A stretch of DNA of 64,000 nucleotides from contig JAIVFI010000013.1 of the NCBI GenBank assembly GCA_025558095.1, positions 248,001-312,000 on the forward strand, given 5' to 3'. Positions within the stretch are counted from its first letter, which is position 1; each line of letters starts with the position of its first letter. A program made the translations under genes and the position numbers. Shown here piece by piece: positions 46,799 to 59,150 of the stretch. Below the pieces are notes generated by a model. That model saw nothing but the letters and a program-made list of their open reading frames with translations. It was not told the origin of the DNA and did no database searches. Origin of the DNA: Hyaloraphidium curvatum SAG 235-1 (Eukaryota > Fungi > Monoblepharomycota).

Positions 46799-46880
46799 CA
46801 TTCCTCCGCTGTACATCGTTCCTCCGGGTATCCAAGGGGAAAGGGAATAATCAACGTCCGCAATCGCGCCCCAACCCAAG

Positions 46881-48993
46881 CTATGCGACCACGTGGTCCG
46901 GCGCACGCGCCTCCCCGAACGCGTTGCCCTCGTGTTCCGGCGCAGATGGCGCCGGCTCCGCGTCGGAGACCGCGGAGGGCGCTGGCTTGGGGTCGTCCAC
47001 GAGCATGGGCTCGGGCTCCTGGGGTTCCGGCGCGGGCTCGGCCGAGCCCGCGCGGTCGCCGTTGGTGCTCGGCGGGGCCGGGGGTTGCTCCGTTGGCGGG
47101 GCCGGCGATTCCGGCCCCGCGGCGGCGGGGGCGTCGGGGACGATGGGTTCCGCCTCCGACTTAACAGGTACGTCCGCGGGGGCGGCCCGGGACGCAGAGC
47201 CCTCGGGTTCCGCGTCCGCCGCCTCCACCGTTATGGAGGGGAGTGCCTTTGCGGGTGGCGGTTCGGGTGGCGCGATAGCGGCGTTGAGCGCCTGGAGCTG
47301 CAAATGCCCGCGTTAGCCGGATCCGGATCCATTTGGGCGCCATTCCGGTCGCGACCAACCTCCTTGCCGATCAGATCCAGGTCGTCCGTCACCTCGTTCT
47401 TGGAGGCGCCAAACACGATCGCGGCCGGGAACGCGTACTCGCTCGCCTGGATCCTCCCAAGCTCGTGCGACTCGGTCTTGAGGGCCTTGCGCCGCTTCTG
47501 CAGCGCCGCCTTGGACGGCGGGTCCGAAGGCGGCGCGCCGACCTCGTCGGCCTGGCGCTTGTTGGCGTAAAGCTTCCACTTCTTGGACTCCTTCTGCGCC
47601 GTCAGGTCCGACTTGAACTCGGCCAGCTTTACCTGAGGGGCGGCCGGATCAGCGATCTGAAGGCACATTCGGCGCGCAGAGCACCCACCCGCTGGTCCAT
47701 GTCCGCGCGCAGGAGCGCGTCCTGGTACATGCGCTCGATGTAGACCTTCCTGTGCACGATCCACTGGTCCAGGTTGGTCAGCTGCTCCGTCAGGGTCTCT
47801 TCCAGTTCCTTGTAGCGCTGCTTGATGGTGGGGTGGGTTTCCGAGGTGATGAGGGCGTACTCTTCGTCGAGCACGGAGGATTTCTCCAGGAAGATTCTGC
47901 GACGGGGGCGGTTACTATGGGTCACGCAAACGGCGAACTGCCGCCCACTTTTCACGGAGCTTTGCGAGCAGGATTTCGATCTCGGTCAGGTCGCGGTGCG
48001 CGGCTTTCCGCGTCTCCTCGAGCCCGTCGTCGACCACTGGGACGCGGGGTGCAATGTGAGAAGGAGGTACGTGGGACGAAGAGAAATGCCGGATGGCAAC
48101 GTACCCGCAACCTCGTGGGCGGCCTCGATGGGCTCGTGGTCCTCCGGGATGCTGGCGGCATCCGACGCGTCGACGAGGCTCTTTGTCTCTGCGGCCTCTG
48201 CCTCTGCCTCGCTCTTGTCGCCCTCCTCCTCGTCCCTGTCCCTGCCGTCGCGGCTCCCGCGCAGCTCAGCCGAGTCCTCCTCCTCGTCCTCGCCGCCCTC
48301 GTCCTCCTCGTCCGTCTGCGGGGCCGAGCCGCCAAAGCCGGAGAGCAGACCGGTGCGCCGCCTGTGCTCCTCCTTGACCTGCTGCATCTGCAGGTCGCGG
48401 TCGGGCACGTCGGACAGGGAGTCGTCGACGCCCATTTCCGCGTCGTGGTCCAGGCGCTCGAGCACGAGCGCGGGCTCGTCGTCCTCGGGCTCGCTGCCCG
48501 ACACGGAGGCCTGGCGGCGCGGCGGCCTGCCGCCCCTGCCCCTCCCGCGGCCCCTGCCGCGCCCTCTTGCGCGACCGCCGCGTGCAAATCGCTGTGGCGG
48601 CCTGCGGGCTGTCGAGTCCGTCTCGCTCTCCTCGTCGCCCTGCGCGGGGCTCGCGCCGTCGATCTCCTGCTCCCCATCCGAGTCGGGCAGGGGCCGCGGG
48701 GCGTCGTCCTCCGATTCCGAGTGCGGATCGGCTGACGGCACGCCCGGCCCGTCGAGGGAGGACAGCGATTCGGAGTCCGAGTCGGACTCTGCGCCGGCGG
48801 CGGCGACAGCGAGCAGGTCGGCGGCGGCCAAGTCGTCCGCCGCCGCGAAGCCGCCCTGCGCCGCGTCGCCGCCCATGCCGGCGAGGATGTGCAGCGCCTC
48901 GAGCCCCGCGTCGGCGTCCGCGGCGTCGGGCGTCGGGGCGCGCGCGGCACGCGACCCGCCCGAGGCGGAGGAGGGCGCGCGGCGAGGCCCCAT
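46881..48993 (-). CDS. Sds3-like family Rpd3L subunit (Dep1/BRMS1-like)
   Basis: Long acidic N-terminus, then RKAAHRDLTEIEILLAKLREK-IFLEK...EYALITSETHP coiled coil and EVTDDLDLI. Confidence 0.7.
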
Positions 48994-49179
48994 ACCGCCC
49001 CGCCCCGCCGCCCGCGGAAAACACGTGCGAGTCGCGCGCTGCTGCTCGCGCACCCGCGCCCGGCTGCCGAATGGGCCGGGCCGTCCGCGGGAAACGAGAG
49101 ATGGGTTGAACCGGGGCTGGTGTCGCTAGCGAGCCGCGGTGATTGGAAATTCGGGAGACAACAACGCAACAACGTCGAG

Positions 49180-50706
49180 ATGCCCCGCGAAAAGGCCGCC
49201 AAGGACGCCGGCGCGAAGCCAAAAAAGCGCAAGGCCGCATCAGCGCCCGCCAAAGTCCCCGATGCCCCGGCGGGCGTCCCCGCAAAGCCCTCCGGGGGCG
49301 CCCCCCCTCCCCGCACCTCCATCCTCGGATCCGTGGCCGTGGACCCCAAGCTGGACGCCCTGTTCGCCAACGCGGTGCCTTCGATCCTGCCCAAACCGGT
49401 CGTGAAGCTTAAGGCGGCGCCGACGGAGCCTTCCCCCCGGGATCCGGGTGCCGGTCCCGCGGAGAGGAAGAGGAAGCGCGATCGGGAGGAGGCGCCCGCG
49501 AAGGAGGGGAAGCGCGGCAAGGGTGCCGACGGTGCGGCCAAGGAGGCTCCGGCATCGTCCGTGGAAGAGCCTGGACCGAAGCCCAAGAAGATAAAGGACA
49601 AGCACCGCGAGAAGCTGGAGACGGCGGCGTCCCGCACCCCCTCTTCCCCGGAGCGCGAGCAGCCTCCGCCGCGGAAGAAAAAGGAAAAGAAGAAACGGAA
49701 ACCGGACGACGAGACTGCAGAGCGTCTTTCTGAGCCGCGGAAGGACTCGGACGGCTGGGTTTCGGAGGACGGCGCGGGAGGCGACGAATCCCCCGAACGG
49801 AAGAAAAAGGAGCGCAAGTCCGCCAAGGACGACCCCAAGAATTCGCGGACCGTCTTTGTCGGCAATCTGACCACCAAGGTGCTGGAAAAGCCGGTGCTCA
49901 AGACCTTCAAAAAGCGGATGTCCGAGTTTGGCACGGTCGAGAGCATCCGCTTCCGCTCAGTGGTGGGTCCTCCTCCCGCGCCCGCGCACCCGCATCCGCC
50001 AACGCTTTCCCCGTAGGCGTTTGCCAAGATGCTCCCCAAGAAGGTCGCCTTCCTCTCCAAGGCGCTGCACCCGGACCGCGACACCCTCAACGCCTACGTG
50101 GTCTATGCCGACGAGTCCGGCGCCCGTGCCGCCGCGGCGGGGCTCAACGGCACCGTGTTCGAGGACAAGCACCTGCGCGCCGACATGGCCGGCAACACGG
50201 GCAAGCAGAGCAACTCGCGGACCGTGTTCGTGGGCAACCTGCCCTTTGGGATCGGCGACGAGGACCTGTGGGCGCACTTTGCCGACGCGGGGGAGATCGA
50301 GGGCGTGCGCGTGGTGCGCGACGGCGCGACGCAGGTGGGAAAGGGGTTCGCGTACGTCACCTTCAAGGAGAGGTTGGCCATGGAGCTCGCGCTGGACCTG
50401 GACGGGTCCGAGCTGGCAAAGAGGAAGATCAGGGTCACAAGGAGCGTGAAGAAGAAGAAGACGGCGCCGACAAGGGCCAAGGAGAGGGCGGAGGGGTTGA
50501 CGGGGGCGCAGAGGAGGCTGGCGCTGGCGGGGAAGCCGTTCGAGGGGCAGCACGCGGCCAAGGGGTCGGGCCCGAAACCGAGGGGGGGATCCAAGGGGAA
50601 GGGCGGCAAGGGCAAGGGGCCGAAATTCGGCAAGCGCAAGCCGGGGCAAGGGGCGCGCAAGGGGAAGAAGCCCGGGGACAAGTCGGGGAAGAAGCCTCGG
50701 AAATGA
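49180..50706 (+). CDS. NOP12: Nucleolar RRM protein Nop12/RBM34
   Basis: RTVFVGNL..FGTVESIRFRSV-AF, NAYVVY, FEDKHLRAD, second RRM RTVFVGNLPF..GKGFAYVTF and FEGQHA; Lys-rich ends. Confidence 0.92.
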
Positions 50707-50733
50707 TGTATCGGTGCGCCGTTCTACTACATT

Positions 50734-52752
50734 TCAAAACTCGCCAGCGGCGAATCGATCCTCGGGGTAGAAGCCGGCGACGATTGTCCGATCGGCGAAC
50801 TTCCTGCCGGCGAGCTTCTTGATCGCCTCCTCGGCTTCCTCCGCATGCGAGTACTGGATAAAGACCTGCGTGTGGGGAGGGACCTCTGTCACTCGACCGC
50901 TTCAAATAGATCGAAAGCGCCGTCGACGAACCTTTCCAACCCCGGGCACGTCGGCGCCAGGCCTGGGCCTGGGGATGTGCACCTCCTTCACCGTGCCAAA
51001 CTTGGCCACCTCCTCCGACACGTCTTCCAGGATCTCCTGGTACTCCTGCTCGTCCATGAGCTCCTCCGGCGTCACCATGTTGAGCAGGAAGACGACCGTG
51101 GTCGGGTCGCCGAGGCCGCCGCGGAGCGCTTCCTGCGGGATGATGGACGGCAGCACGCCGCCCAATGGGGCGCTGTTGGCACCCGTGCCGACGAGCCGCG
51201 CGTCCGCAGCCTGCGACGCGCGCTGCACGACGAGCTTTTTGTCGCCCATCTCGAGGCCGTTGAGGCCCTCGCAGACCATGTCCGTCAGTTCGGGGTCCAT
51301 GAACTCGCAGAACGCGTAGCCCTTGAAGTGAAGGCGTCAGTGTCTCTTCTTCCCATAATCATCTACGACGCTAACCTTGGAGGCTCCGCTGAGCTCCTTG
51401 ACCAAGCTGAAGTGCCGCAGCTCGCCGAAAGACGTCAGAAGCTCCTTTACCTGGTCGTCCGTGAGGTAGGTTGGAAGGTTGCCCACGTAGATCCGGTGGG
51501 GCGACTCCGCGGTGCCGGGAACGCCGCCTCCGGCAGTGATGGGCGGCACATCCACGCCCCCGGGGGGCACGTAGTCCTTGGGACGGCGGACCTTGAGCGA
51601 CTGTCCCTGGAACATGACGCCGTCAAAGGTGACGGCAGCACTGGCTTCCTCGGGGGAGCGGAACTGCGAGACAAATGAGCCGGGCTGTTCTCGGCGGCAG
51701 CAACGAAGAGGAACGCACGCACCTCGGCAAAGGCGTAGTTCTTGTCCTGGTTGATCTGCGCAGCGATGCAGGGCACCCCCGGACCGCCGATGGACATTCC
51801 CATCTGCGTGATCATGTTGTTGAAGAAGCCGGTTAGCGTTTCCTAGAGAGCAGGAAAAGAGTCAGCAATAGGCCGGCGAAGGAACCGCTTCCACGAATCA
51901 CCTCGCTGCAACCGTACGGGATGTTGCCGATGTAGAGACGGCGGGCCTGACGCGTCAAGCTGGCGTTAAGGAGCATCGGGGCAGACAAACCGCCGCCCGC
52001 GGGGATCATAACAGGGGTAGAAGCAGTCGGGCGCGACGCTCCTCCAGGGAGCGGGAAAATACCTGCAACGAGAGTGAGCTGCCGGCCGAAAACAGCGCGA
52101 CACGCCACCAACCCATGTTCTTGACCTGCTCCGCGTTGTAGTTCTCCAAACCCTTGGGCGCCACGTCCCAGTTGCTCAGCTTTGACTTCTTCAGGTGGAT
52201 AGGCGTGACAGACCGGCGACTCTTCCCGTCCGAAGGACTCTCGCGGCGGCTCGATTCCCGACCGCGGTCCCGGCCCGGGGAACGTTCGCGCTCCTTATCC
52301 CTCGAGCGATCACGCCTCTCCCTCCGCCGATCGTCCGTTTCGCCGCGGCGGTCGCGCGACCTCTCGCGGGGTCGATGGCGGTCCCGGTCGTCGCGCGGCG
52401 ACCGTTCCCGGCGGCGCTCGCGATCGCCGCCGCGGTCCCTCTCGCGCCTCTCGTCGTCCCTCCTGCGGTCATCGTCGCGCCTCCGTCCGTCATCGTCCCG
52501 CCTGCGGCCTTCGTCGTCGCGACGACGCCCGTCGTCCTCGCGCCTCCTCCCGTCGTCGTCACGCCGCGAAGACCGATGCTCCCGCCGCCTGTCATCATCC
52601 CTGCGGTCATCGTCCCTGCGATCTCCGTCCCTACGGTCCCGGCGCCTGTCTGTTGCAGCGAAACCAAGTCAGCTCCGCGGCTCGAAGAGCTTCAAGGCCA
52701 ACCGACCTCTGTCCCTATCATCGCGGCCATCGACACCGTTGCCGTAAGGCAT
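50734..52752 (-). CDS. U2AF2: Splicing factor U2AF large subunit
   Basis: RD/RS-rich N-terminus, NWDVAPKG, TRQARRLYIGNIP, LKVRRPKDY, HRIYVGNLPTYL, LLNMVTPEEL and LAGRKFADRTIV. Confidence 0.95.
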
Positions 52753-53066
52753 GCCGCCTCCTTCCACGCCTGTACATTTTCGCAAGCGTCGACGCAGCAA
52801 GAAGAGTGGTGAGGGAGAGTGGGGAAACGCGAAACGAAGAAAATGAGCGTTTCCCGCAGCGGAGACAGAAATGGCGGCACCCGGCCGGGACGGCTGACCT
52901 TCCATCGGGTATCCGTCCATTTAACGGCGTTCCCCGTAGTTCTGGGACTCCCCCGTGCGAAGAAGTGGGGGTCGACGCAACGAGTGATTTTGCTGGTAGG
53001 TGAAAGGTCTAGGCCAGTCTAGGCGCGAACCGCGCAACCGGGAGCGGGCAGCCACATTCTGCGGCC

Positions 53067-56000
53067 ATGGCGGGGCGCAAGAGGCCCGCGGCCGAGTCAA
53101 AGAACCCGCTCTTTGTGCAATGGCTCGGGGAATGGCTCGACAAGGTGGGTTACGGCGCCTCCCACGCGTGGACGAGAGCCGACGACCCCCGGCCGTACAG
53201 GAGCGCGAGAAGGACACCAACTTCAAGTTCGTGCTGCAAAAGGTTCTTTGCTGTTGCCAGACGCTGCTCTGGAGTCTTGCCCTGACCGGTTCTTCTCCTC
53301 TGCACGTTCCGACCGCGTCGGGTGCTCCCGTCCCCCTGTTCTTGGCAGGCCTACACAAACATGCAGGAGTTCCCGGAGGTGCTCGCCTCTGGCAAGGATG
53401 CGATGCGTGTCAGAGGCATCGGTGCGAAGCTCGCGGACATGCTGGATAGGAAGATGAAGCAGGTCGGCGCGTCGTCCGGTGCCGGCCCGGTGACAGGCCA
53501 GACGCTCGGATCGAGCCAGGGCCCGCCGCCCTCGCAAGCGAGCTACGGACCTGGGCCTGCGTCTTCGCAGTCCTTCGGCAGTGCGCCTGCGCCGAAGCCC
53601 GCGCCGAAGAAACGCAAACAGGCACCGGCTGGCGGCGGCGCCGAAGGGGCGGAACCCGGGCAGCAGCCGCCAAAGAAGAAGCGGCAGCCGAAACCATACG
53701 TGCCCGAGTATCGATCTGGCGCATATGCGCTCCTGGTCACCCTGTATCTGGAGAAGTACGGCCCCTCGAAGGAGGACTGTATGCTGAAGGCGGACCTGAT
53801 GCGCAAGGCCGAGGCGCATTGCAACTCCAGCTTCACCGAGGCTTCGGACAAGAACGGATACTACACCGCGTGGAGCGCAATGACCATGCTCCGTGACAAA
53901 GGGCTGGTCTGCAAAACCGGCAATCCGGCGGCGTACGCTCTCACGGAACCGGACGGCGAGAGCCTGGCCCGTGCGTGCGTCGAACTCGGACGCCGGCAGC
54001 AAGAGCGAGATGACGGACCCGGTTCTAGCCAGAGGGCGCCTGGCCCGGGCTCAGATTACGTACCACACGCCGCGCCCGCACCCGCGCGACCCGGACCTGT
54101 TCTTGGCGACCGCTTCATTCGGACCGAGGATCTTGGTTCGTATTTGGCTTCCCAGAGGACAAACGGAGCTCCGTCACAGAATTTTGGACAATCAGATTAC
54201 GGGTCTGGCCGCTCCACGGCGCCGAATGCGCCGTCGGCGGCTTCCAAGTCTCCGCTCGCTTCTCGCAAGGCGCCTCCTTCTGACGGTCCCATCTGCCTCG
54301 ACTCGGACAGCGACGATGGAAACACCGTTATGGGCCGCGGCACTTTCGGTCAGGCCGGGGGCTCGCTGCGTGAAGCTGCTTCAGCGCAAGGCCTGCCTTC
54401 ATCACAGCCCCATCACCAGCAACCGCCGGGGAAGCGGTTCCAATTTGACTACATGGACGAGGACCGGCCAACGCTCTCAAAGGAGCAGGCGGCTGTGAAG
54501 ATTGGCGGAGGTGCCGATCCGTCGCTTTCGTCGGTGGATATCTCACTCTGGCTGTCCTTTTGCAGGTGGTGCATTGTTGCTTCGCATCCGCTTCCACATC
54601 AAGCAGAGCGGTCACCCGTTCATCATGAGCAATGTTTTGGAGCGTTCTATGGTGCCTGTTGAGAGCTTTCTCTTCGGCTGGTTGCGGGACGAGAATGCAC
54701 CGCCGCAGGCCCCAGGGATCGATCTTGAGGAGCTACTGACGCCTCAAGCTGCGCCGACGGCCGCGCCAGCCAAGGCTCCCCGAGCGCGGGAACCGCCTCG
54801 CGAACGGGGACCCGCGCCGCCTCCGGACTATGGCGTGCGCACGGTGCATGGGCAAGCGACCAACCCCGAGCCCGTGTTCGCGAGAACCAACAGCGGGTCT
54901 GTGGCTCCGTCTGCCTCTGGCGCTGCTTCGGCGTCGTCGGCCGCCACGCTCGGCCGTTCTTCGGCTCCTGTTGGCCAGAGCAGCTTCCAAGAGTTCACTG
55001 GTTCCCCCATTCGTCTCGCGCGCGGGACCTACGACATAGTGCTCGTTCTCGACTGCAGGGAAAGCAAAACCAAAACCTATGCCGCCGTGCAGGAGCGGGA
55101 TTGGATGCTGGAGCGGTTGTATTCCCGGGGCATCAAGACCGAGAAGCGCGTGCTGGAGCTCGGGGACATGTGCTGGATCGCGAGGCCACGTGGTTCGCAA
55201 GGCACGGGGGACGAGATCGCGCTGGACTACGTGATCGAACGCAAGGCCCTGGATGACCTGAAAATCTCCATTCACGAAGGACGCTTTGAGGAGCAGAAGG
55301 TGGGAAGTGCATGCGCACCGCACGGCATGCGCGCTGAGCTTTTGATTCAGTTCCGGCTTGCGAACTGCGGGGTGCAAAACGTGGTCTACGTGATCGAAGG
55401 ACTAATGCCGCGCAGTGACCCTGCTTGGGCCGAGCATCTCAAGAAGATGTACTCGGCCATGTCGTTGCTGCAGGTCGGCCACGGCTTTTTCGTCAAGCAG
55501 ACCCTGAACAAAGAGGACACGCTCAACTTCCTCGCCAACATGACGCTATGGATTCAGCAGGTGTACATGGTGCGCAACTCGCTCGTTCCTCGGCGGGATC
55601 GATCCTGATCTGTTGCCAGACCGAGGACATCCACGCCATCCCCGCCGACTCCCTCCAGAAAGCCACGTGGCGCGACGTCAGGTTGCAGGCGCAAGAACGG
55701 GACGGTCGTCGCTACCACCTCACGTTCGCTTCGTTCAACGAGCTGAACGCCAAGACCCGCAACCACGTACTACGGGACGCCTTTGTCAAGCAGCTGCTGT
55801 GTATTCGAGGCATCTCTGTTGAGAAAGCGGTTGCGATCGCGGCGAAGTACCCCACCATGCGGAGGTGAGAAGAGCGGATGGGTTGCTCTAGCCTCGGGGC
55901 TGATAGTTCGTATTGCAGCCTGTTGGATTCCCTGAGCCGAGAATCCGGCGACGATGCCAGGGTCAAGATGCTGATGGCGGTGTCGGACGCCTCTGCGCCA

Positions 56001-56105
56001 ACGCGGCGGAAGATCGGCAAGGCCGTGGCGGTTCGCATGGTGGAAGTGCTCTGCGTGCAGCAGCCCCGGCCGAGGCCTCCGCCGGCGGACGATGAAGATC
56101 TCTAG
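53067..56105 (+). CDS. MUS81: Crossover junction endonuclease Mus81
   Basis: NPLFVQWLGEW, HhH (GIGAK), winged helix YVPEYRSGAYALL, ERCC4 domain LVLDCRE..LELGD..VIERKALDDL..GRFEEQKFRL, and C-terminal HhH IRGISVEKA. Confidence 0.95.
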
Positions 56106-56294
56106 TTGATAAGTAGTCCTCTTTGTCTTTTCATTGATGATGTGAATGCTTTGACGTCGATTGATTAAATTGATCGGAGCGCGAAGGTCGTCGAAAGTGG
56201 GAGATTCGCCCGGTCAACGTGGCGGCGACGACTGCACCGCCACGTTGCAACACTCCGTCCTCAACATTTCGCGCAACCGACGAGCCGCGTCGCC

Positions 56295-57377
56295 ATGAGG
56301 ACCGGCGCCAATCTTCGCTTTATGCTTGCGCTGACTTTGCTCGTCGTGGCTGCTGGATTCGTGGCTGCAAATGGCGTCGAGGAGCCATCGCCCGACCGCC
56401 CCGACCTCGTGTGCTCCGACGGAGCCTCGGCCATTTGCTACGAACGAATGGTCAAGCCCAACACGCACGACTTTGTGCCCGTTCTCCCGGGCCAGATTGT
56501 GGACTCGAGTGCGCCGGTGCACGTCAGGATGAATATGGAGACTGGAATCAAGGAGGTGAAGCAGTTGGGAGACCCCGAGGACAGCTCAACGCGGGGGGCA
56601 GCACCCGGGGAGGTCGTGGTTTCTCCGCCGCAGGAAGTGCTGCCATTCGGAGCAGCTGACACGGAAGGCAGCGGCGCGCCGCCACCGTCGGTGAGCTTCC
56701 ACGCCAACGACACCGCGGCCGGCCAGTCCCGGCCCAAGCTGTCGGTCGAGGAGCGGCTCGCCTTCGAGGGCTTCTACGAGTCGGTTCTAAACTGGAAGAG
56801 CGAGGAGTTGCTGTCTCTTCTGGAGGATCTCGAGGACACGGTACATCACGTCGACTACGGACACCAGTTTGCGAGTTCCAGTGGGGGCCTGGAAAAGTTG
56901 TTGCAGCTGCTCGACACCCACAACGATTCGACAGTACGGGGCCAGGCGGCCATCGTACTGGGCAGTTGCTTCTCAAACAACCCTGCTGCCCAAGTGTCGG
57001 CAACCGACTCGCCCGTCGGCGTTGTACGCTCCATTGTCGCAACGATTCTCAAGGAGAAGGACGAGCAGGTGCTGAAGCGGGTTCTCTACGCCGTGGGCGT
57101 CCTCCTGCGCGGAAATCCGCGGGGCATCGAGCAGTTCCTGGAGCATGGTGGACTGAAGGCGCTTGCGGGAGCCGTAGACCTGGACGGGAACATGGGGCCG
57201 GTGGGACAGAGGGCGTTCGCCCTGCTTGCCGACCTCGCGGAGGCAGCGGTGATCGACAGAGCCGAGACCGCCCAGCTGTGTGAGAAGTTGCGTCTCTTGC
57301 CGGCGGCCAAGAAGGTTCCTGAACTCGAACAGCGGTTGGCAAGGGTGTGCAACGAGTCATCCGAGGCTGGCCTCTGA
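56295..57377 (+). CDS. SIL1: ER Hsp70 nucleotide-exchange factor Sil1-like
   Basis: Signal peptide, HVRMNMETGIKEVK, LEDTVHHVDYG and AAIVLGSCFSNNP ARM repeats. No canonical HDEL/KDEL end. Confidence 0.8.
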   Translation: MRTGANLRFMLALTLLVVAAGFVAANGVEEPSPDRPDLVCSDGASAICYERMVKPNTHDFVPVLPGQIVDSSAPVHVRMNMETGIKEVKQLGDPEDSSTRGAAPGEVVVSPPQEVLPFGAADTEGSGAPPPSVSFHANDTAAGQSRPKLSVEERLAFEGFYESVLNWKSEELLSLLEDLEDTVHHVDYGHQFASSSGGLEKLLQLLDTHNDSTVRGQAAIVLGSCFSNNPAAQVSATDSPVGVVRSIVATILKEKDEQVLKRVLYAVGVLLRGNPRGIEQFLEHGGLKALAGAVDLDGNMGPVGQRAFALLADLAEAAVIDRAETAQLCEKLRLLPAAKKVPELEQRLARVCNESSEAGL

Positions 57378-57528
57378 AGGAATGTAGCTCTTCGTCCTCT
57401 TCCTGGAAATGACACAGTCTGATCATTCATCTTTGGGTATTGAAGCCTCCTCCCATGTGTCCAGTCATTCCGTTCCGCAAACCGCCGCTTCTCACTGCTC
57501 CACAGTGTGCCGTGTCTCTCAAGGTCGG

Positions 57529-57868
57529 TCAGCTTTTCGCCGGCGGAGACTCGATAAGAGTCTGCTCCTTCAGGAGTTCGTCCCGTCGCCTTTCCATCTC
57601 CTCCAGCTCCATGACGTTCATCATCTTCTGCCTCTCGCGCTCGGCATCGAACTTCTTAACACCGCGTCTCATGTACTTTGGGAACCACGTAGAGACACGG
57701 GCGATTGCGAGGCGCAATCCGAGACAAGATGGGGTGAGAGACGCACTGCGGACCTGCGATCGGCCCTCGCACCTCCTTCTCGGCGATCTTCATGTAATGT
57801 ACTCCGACCACGCATGACACGGCCCAGATGAGGGATGCGCTGAGCGTGAGCTTCGCTGCTGTTGACAT
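57529..57868 (-). CDS. PET117: Cytochrome c oxidase assembly factor Pet117 (2 exons)
   Basis: MSTAAKLTLSAS...VVGVHYMKIAEKE-YMRRGVKKFDAERERQK. Confidence 0.85.
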
Positions 57869-57974
57869 CGCGGAGCAGCGACTTGGGTGTGAAAAATCCG
57901 CTAACCGTAACCGACCGGTCCGGAACTAAAAAAAGCTTACGCCGCACGCCGGGGAACAACTTCTGCTCGGCGAC

Positions 57975-59112
57975 ATGGCGATGCGCCAAGCTTTCGGTCG
58001 GGCTGCGGGTGAGCGCCGTGCAAATGCCTGCCACTGACTGCCTCGCTGACCGGCGCCCGCATCCCGCGGGGAATCCAGTCCACGCCCGCGTGGCGCCCGC
58101 CGCGCCGGCGGCCCGGATGGCTCTGCCGAGGTGATTGTCGGACGGCGCACGGACGGCACGCAGCGGGATGTCTGGCGGACGGAGATGGCGGGGAGGTGGC
58201 GCGGGGGGCGGGATGCGCGGATGCGGACGGGGACGCGGCGGGCCACCGGTCTTTCCTTGGACGAGGCGCTCACGGATGCCATCGCGGCCCCGCCCTCCGC
58301 AGCTCGTTCGTGGCGACCCGGCACCAGTCGACGGCGCGGCCGCACCCGAGGGATCGCGCGCTGAACCTCATCAACATGGCCCCGGGAGAGAACCTCCTTC
58401 AGAAGACGAGCTTCGTCACGGCGTTCGCCGGCCTCGCGGCGTATGCCATCTCGAAGGAGATCTATATCATCGAGGCTGAGACCCTCGAGGGCCTTTGCAT
58501 GATCGGTGCCTTTACGGTGTGGTACTCGGCCGTCAAGGACACGGCCCGCGACTTCTTCAACGACCAGAAGGAGGTGCGCGGCGGGCCCACGATGTGCATC
58601 CCGGCAGGCACTGAAGTTCCACCGTTGAACCGCAGCGCATCCGCACCATCCTGACCCAGGCCAGGGCCGACCACAAGGCCGTGGTCCAGGAGCGCATCGA
58701 CCACGTCAACCAGCTCGGCGACGTCGTCGAGACGACCAAGAGCCTTTACGAGATGTCGAGGGTGGGTTTGTCAATCGCGGCTCTGGCCTTCGATCGTGCT
58801 GACTTTGGCTGCCCAGGAAATCGCCAAGATGGAGGCGGAGGCGTACCAGCTGAAGCAGACCGTGGCCATCACCAACGAGGCTCGCAATCTCCTGGACGGA
58901 TGGGTCCGCTACGAGGCCAGCGTTCGCGAGAAGCAGCAGAAGAACGCCGTGCAGGCCGTCATCGACAAGGTGCTGGCGCAGATCGAGGACGAGGAGGTGC
59001 AGCGCCAGATTATGGCCCAGGCTCTGCGCGATATCGAGAGTAAGTGCCCACAGCGGCCAATTTTCGTGCGGTTCTAACGCCGTAGGGAATGGCAGAGGCC
59101 TCCAAGGCGTGA
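57975..59112 (+). CDS. ATP4: Mitochondrial ATP synthase subunit b (subunit 4)
   Basis: Presequence exons, LINMAPGENLLQKT, AISKEIYII, QARADHKAVVQERID and LDGWVRYEASVREKQQK. Confidence 0.93.
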
Positions 59113-59150
59113 GGCAGATCTGTATCTCGCAATAGAAAACAACGATTACA

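Noticed and set aside
47952-50090. 712-aa minus-strand ORF and other long overlapping ORFs in the very GC-rich 46-51 kb region
   Set aside because: These are antisense or off-frame to NOP12 and the Sds3-like gene, with Arg/Ala/Pro-rich composition typical of GC-rich shadows.
52230-52650. Repetitive GACGAC/CGC-rich tract
   Set aside because: It is the RD/RS low-complexity domain of U2AF2, not an independent repeat element.
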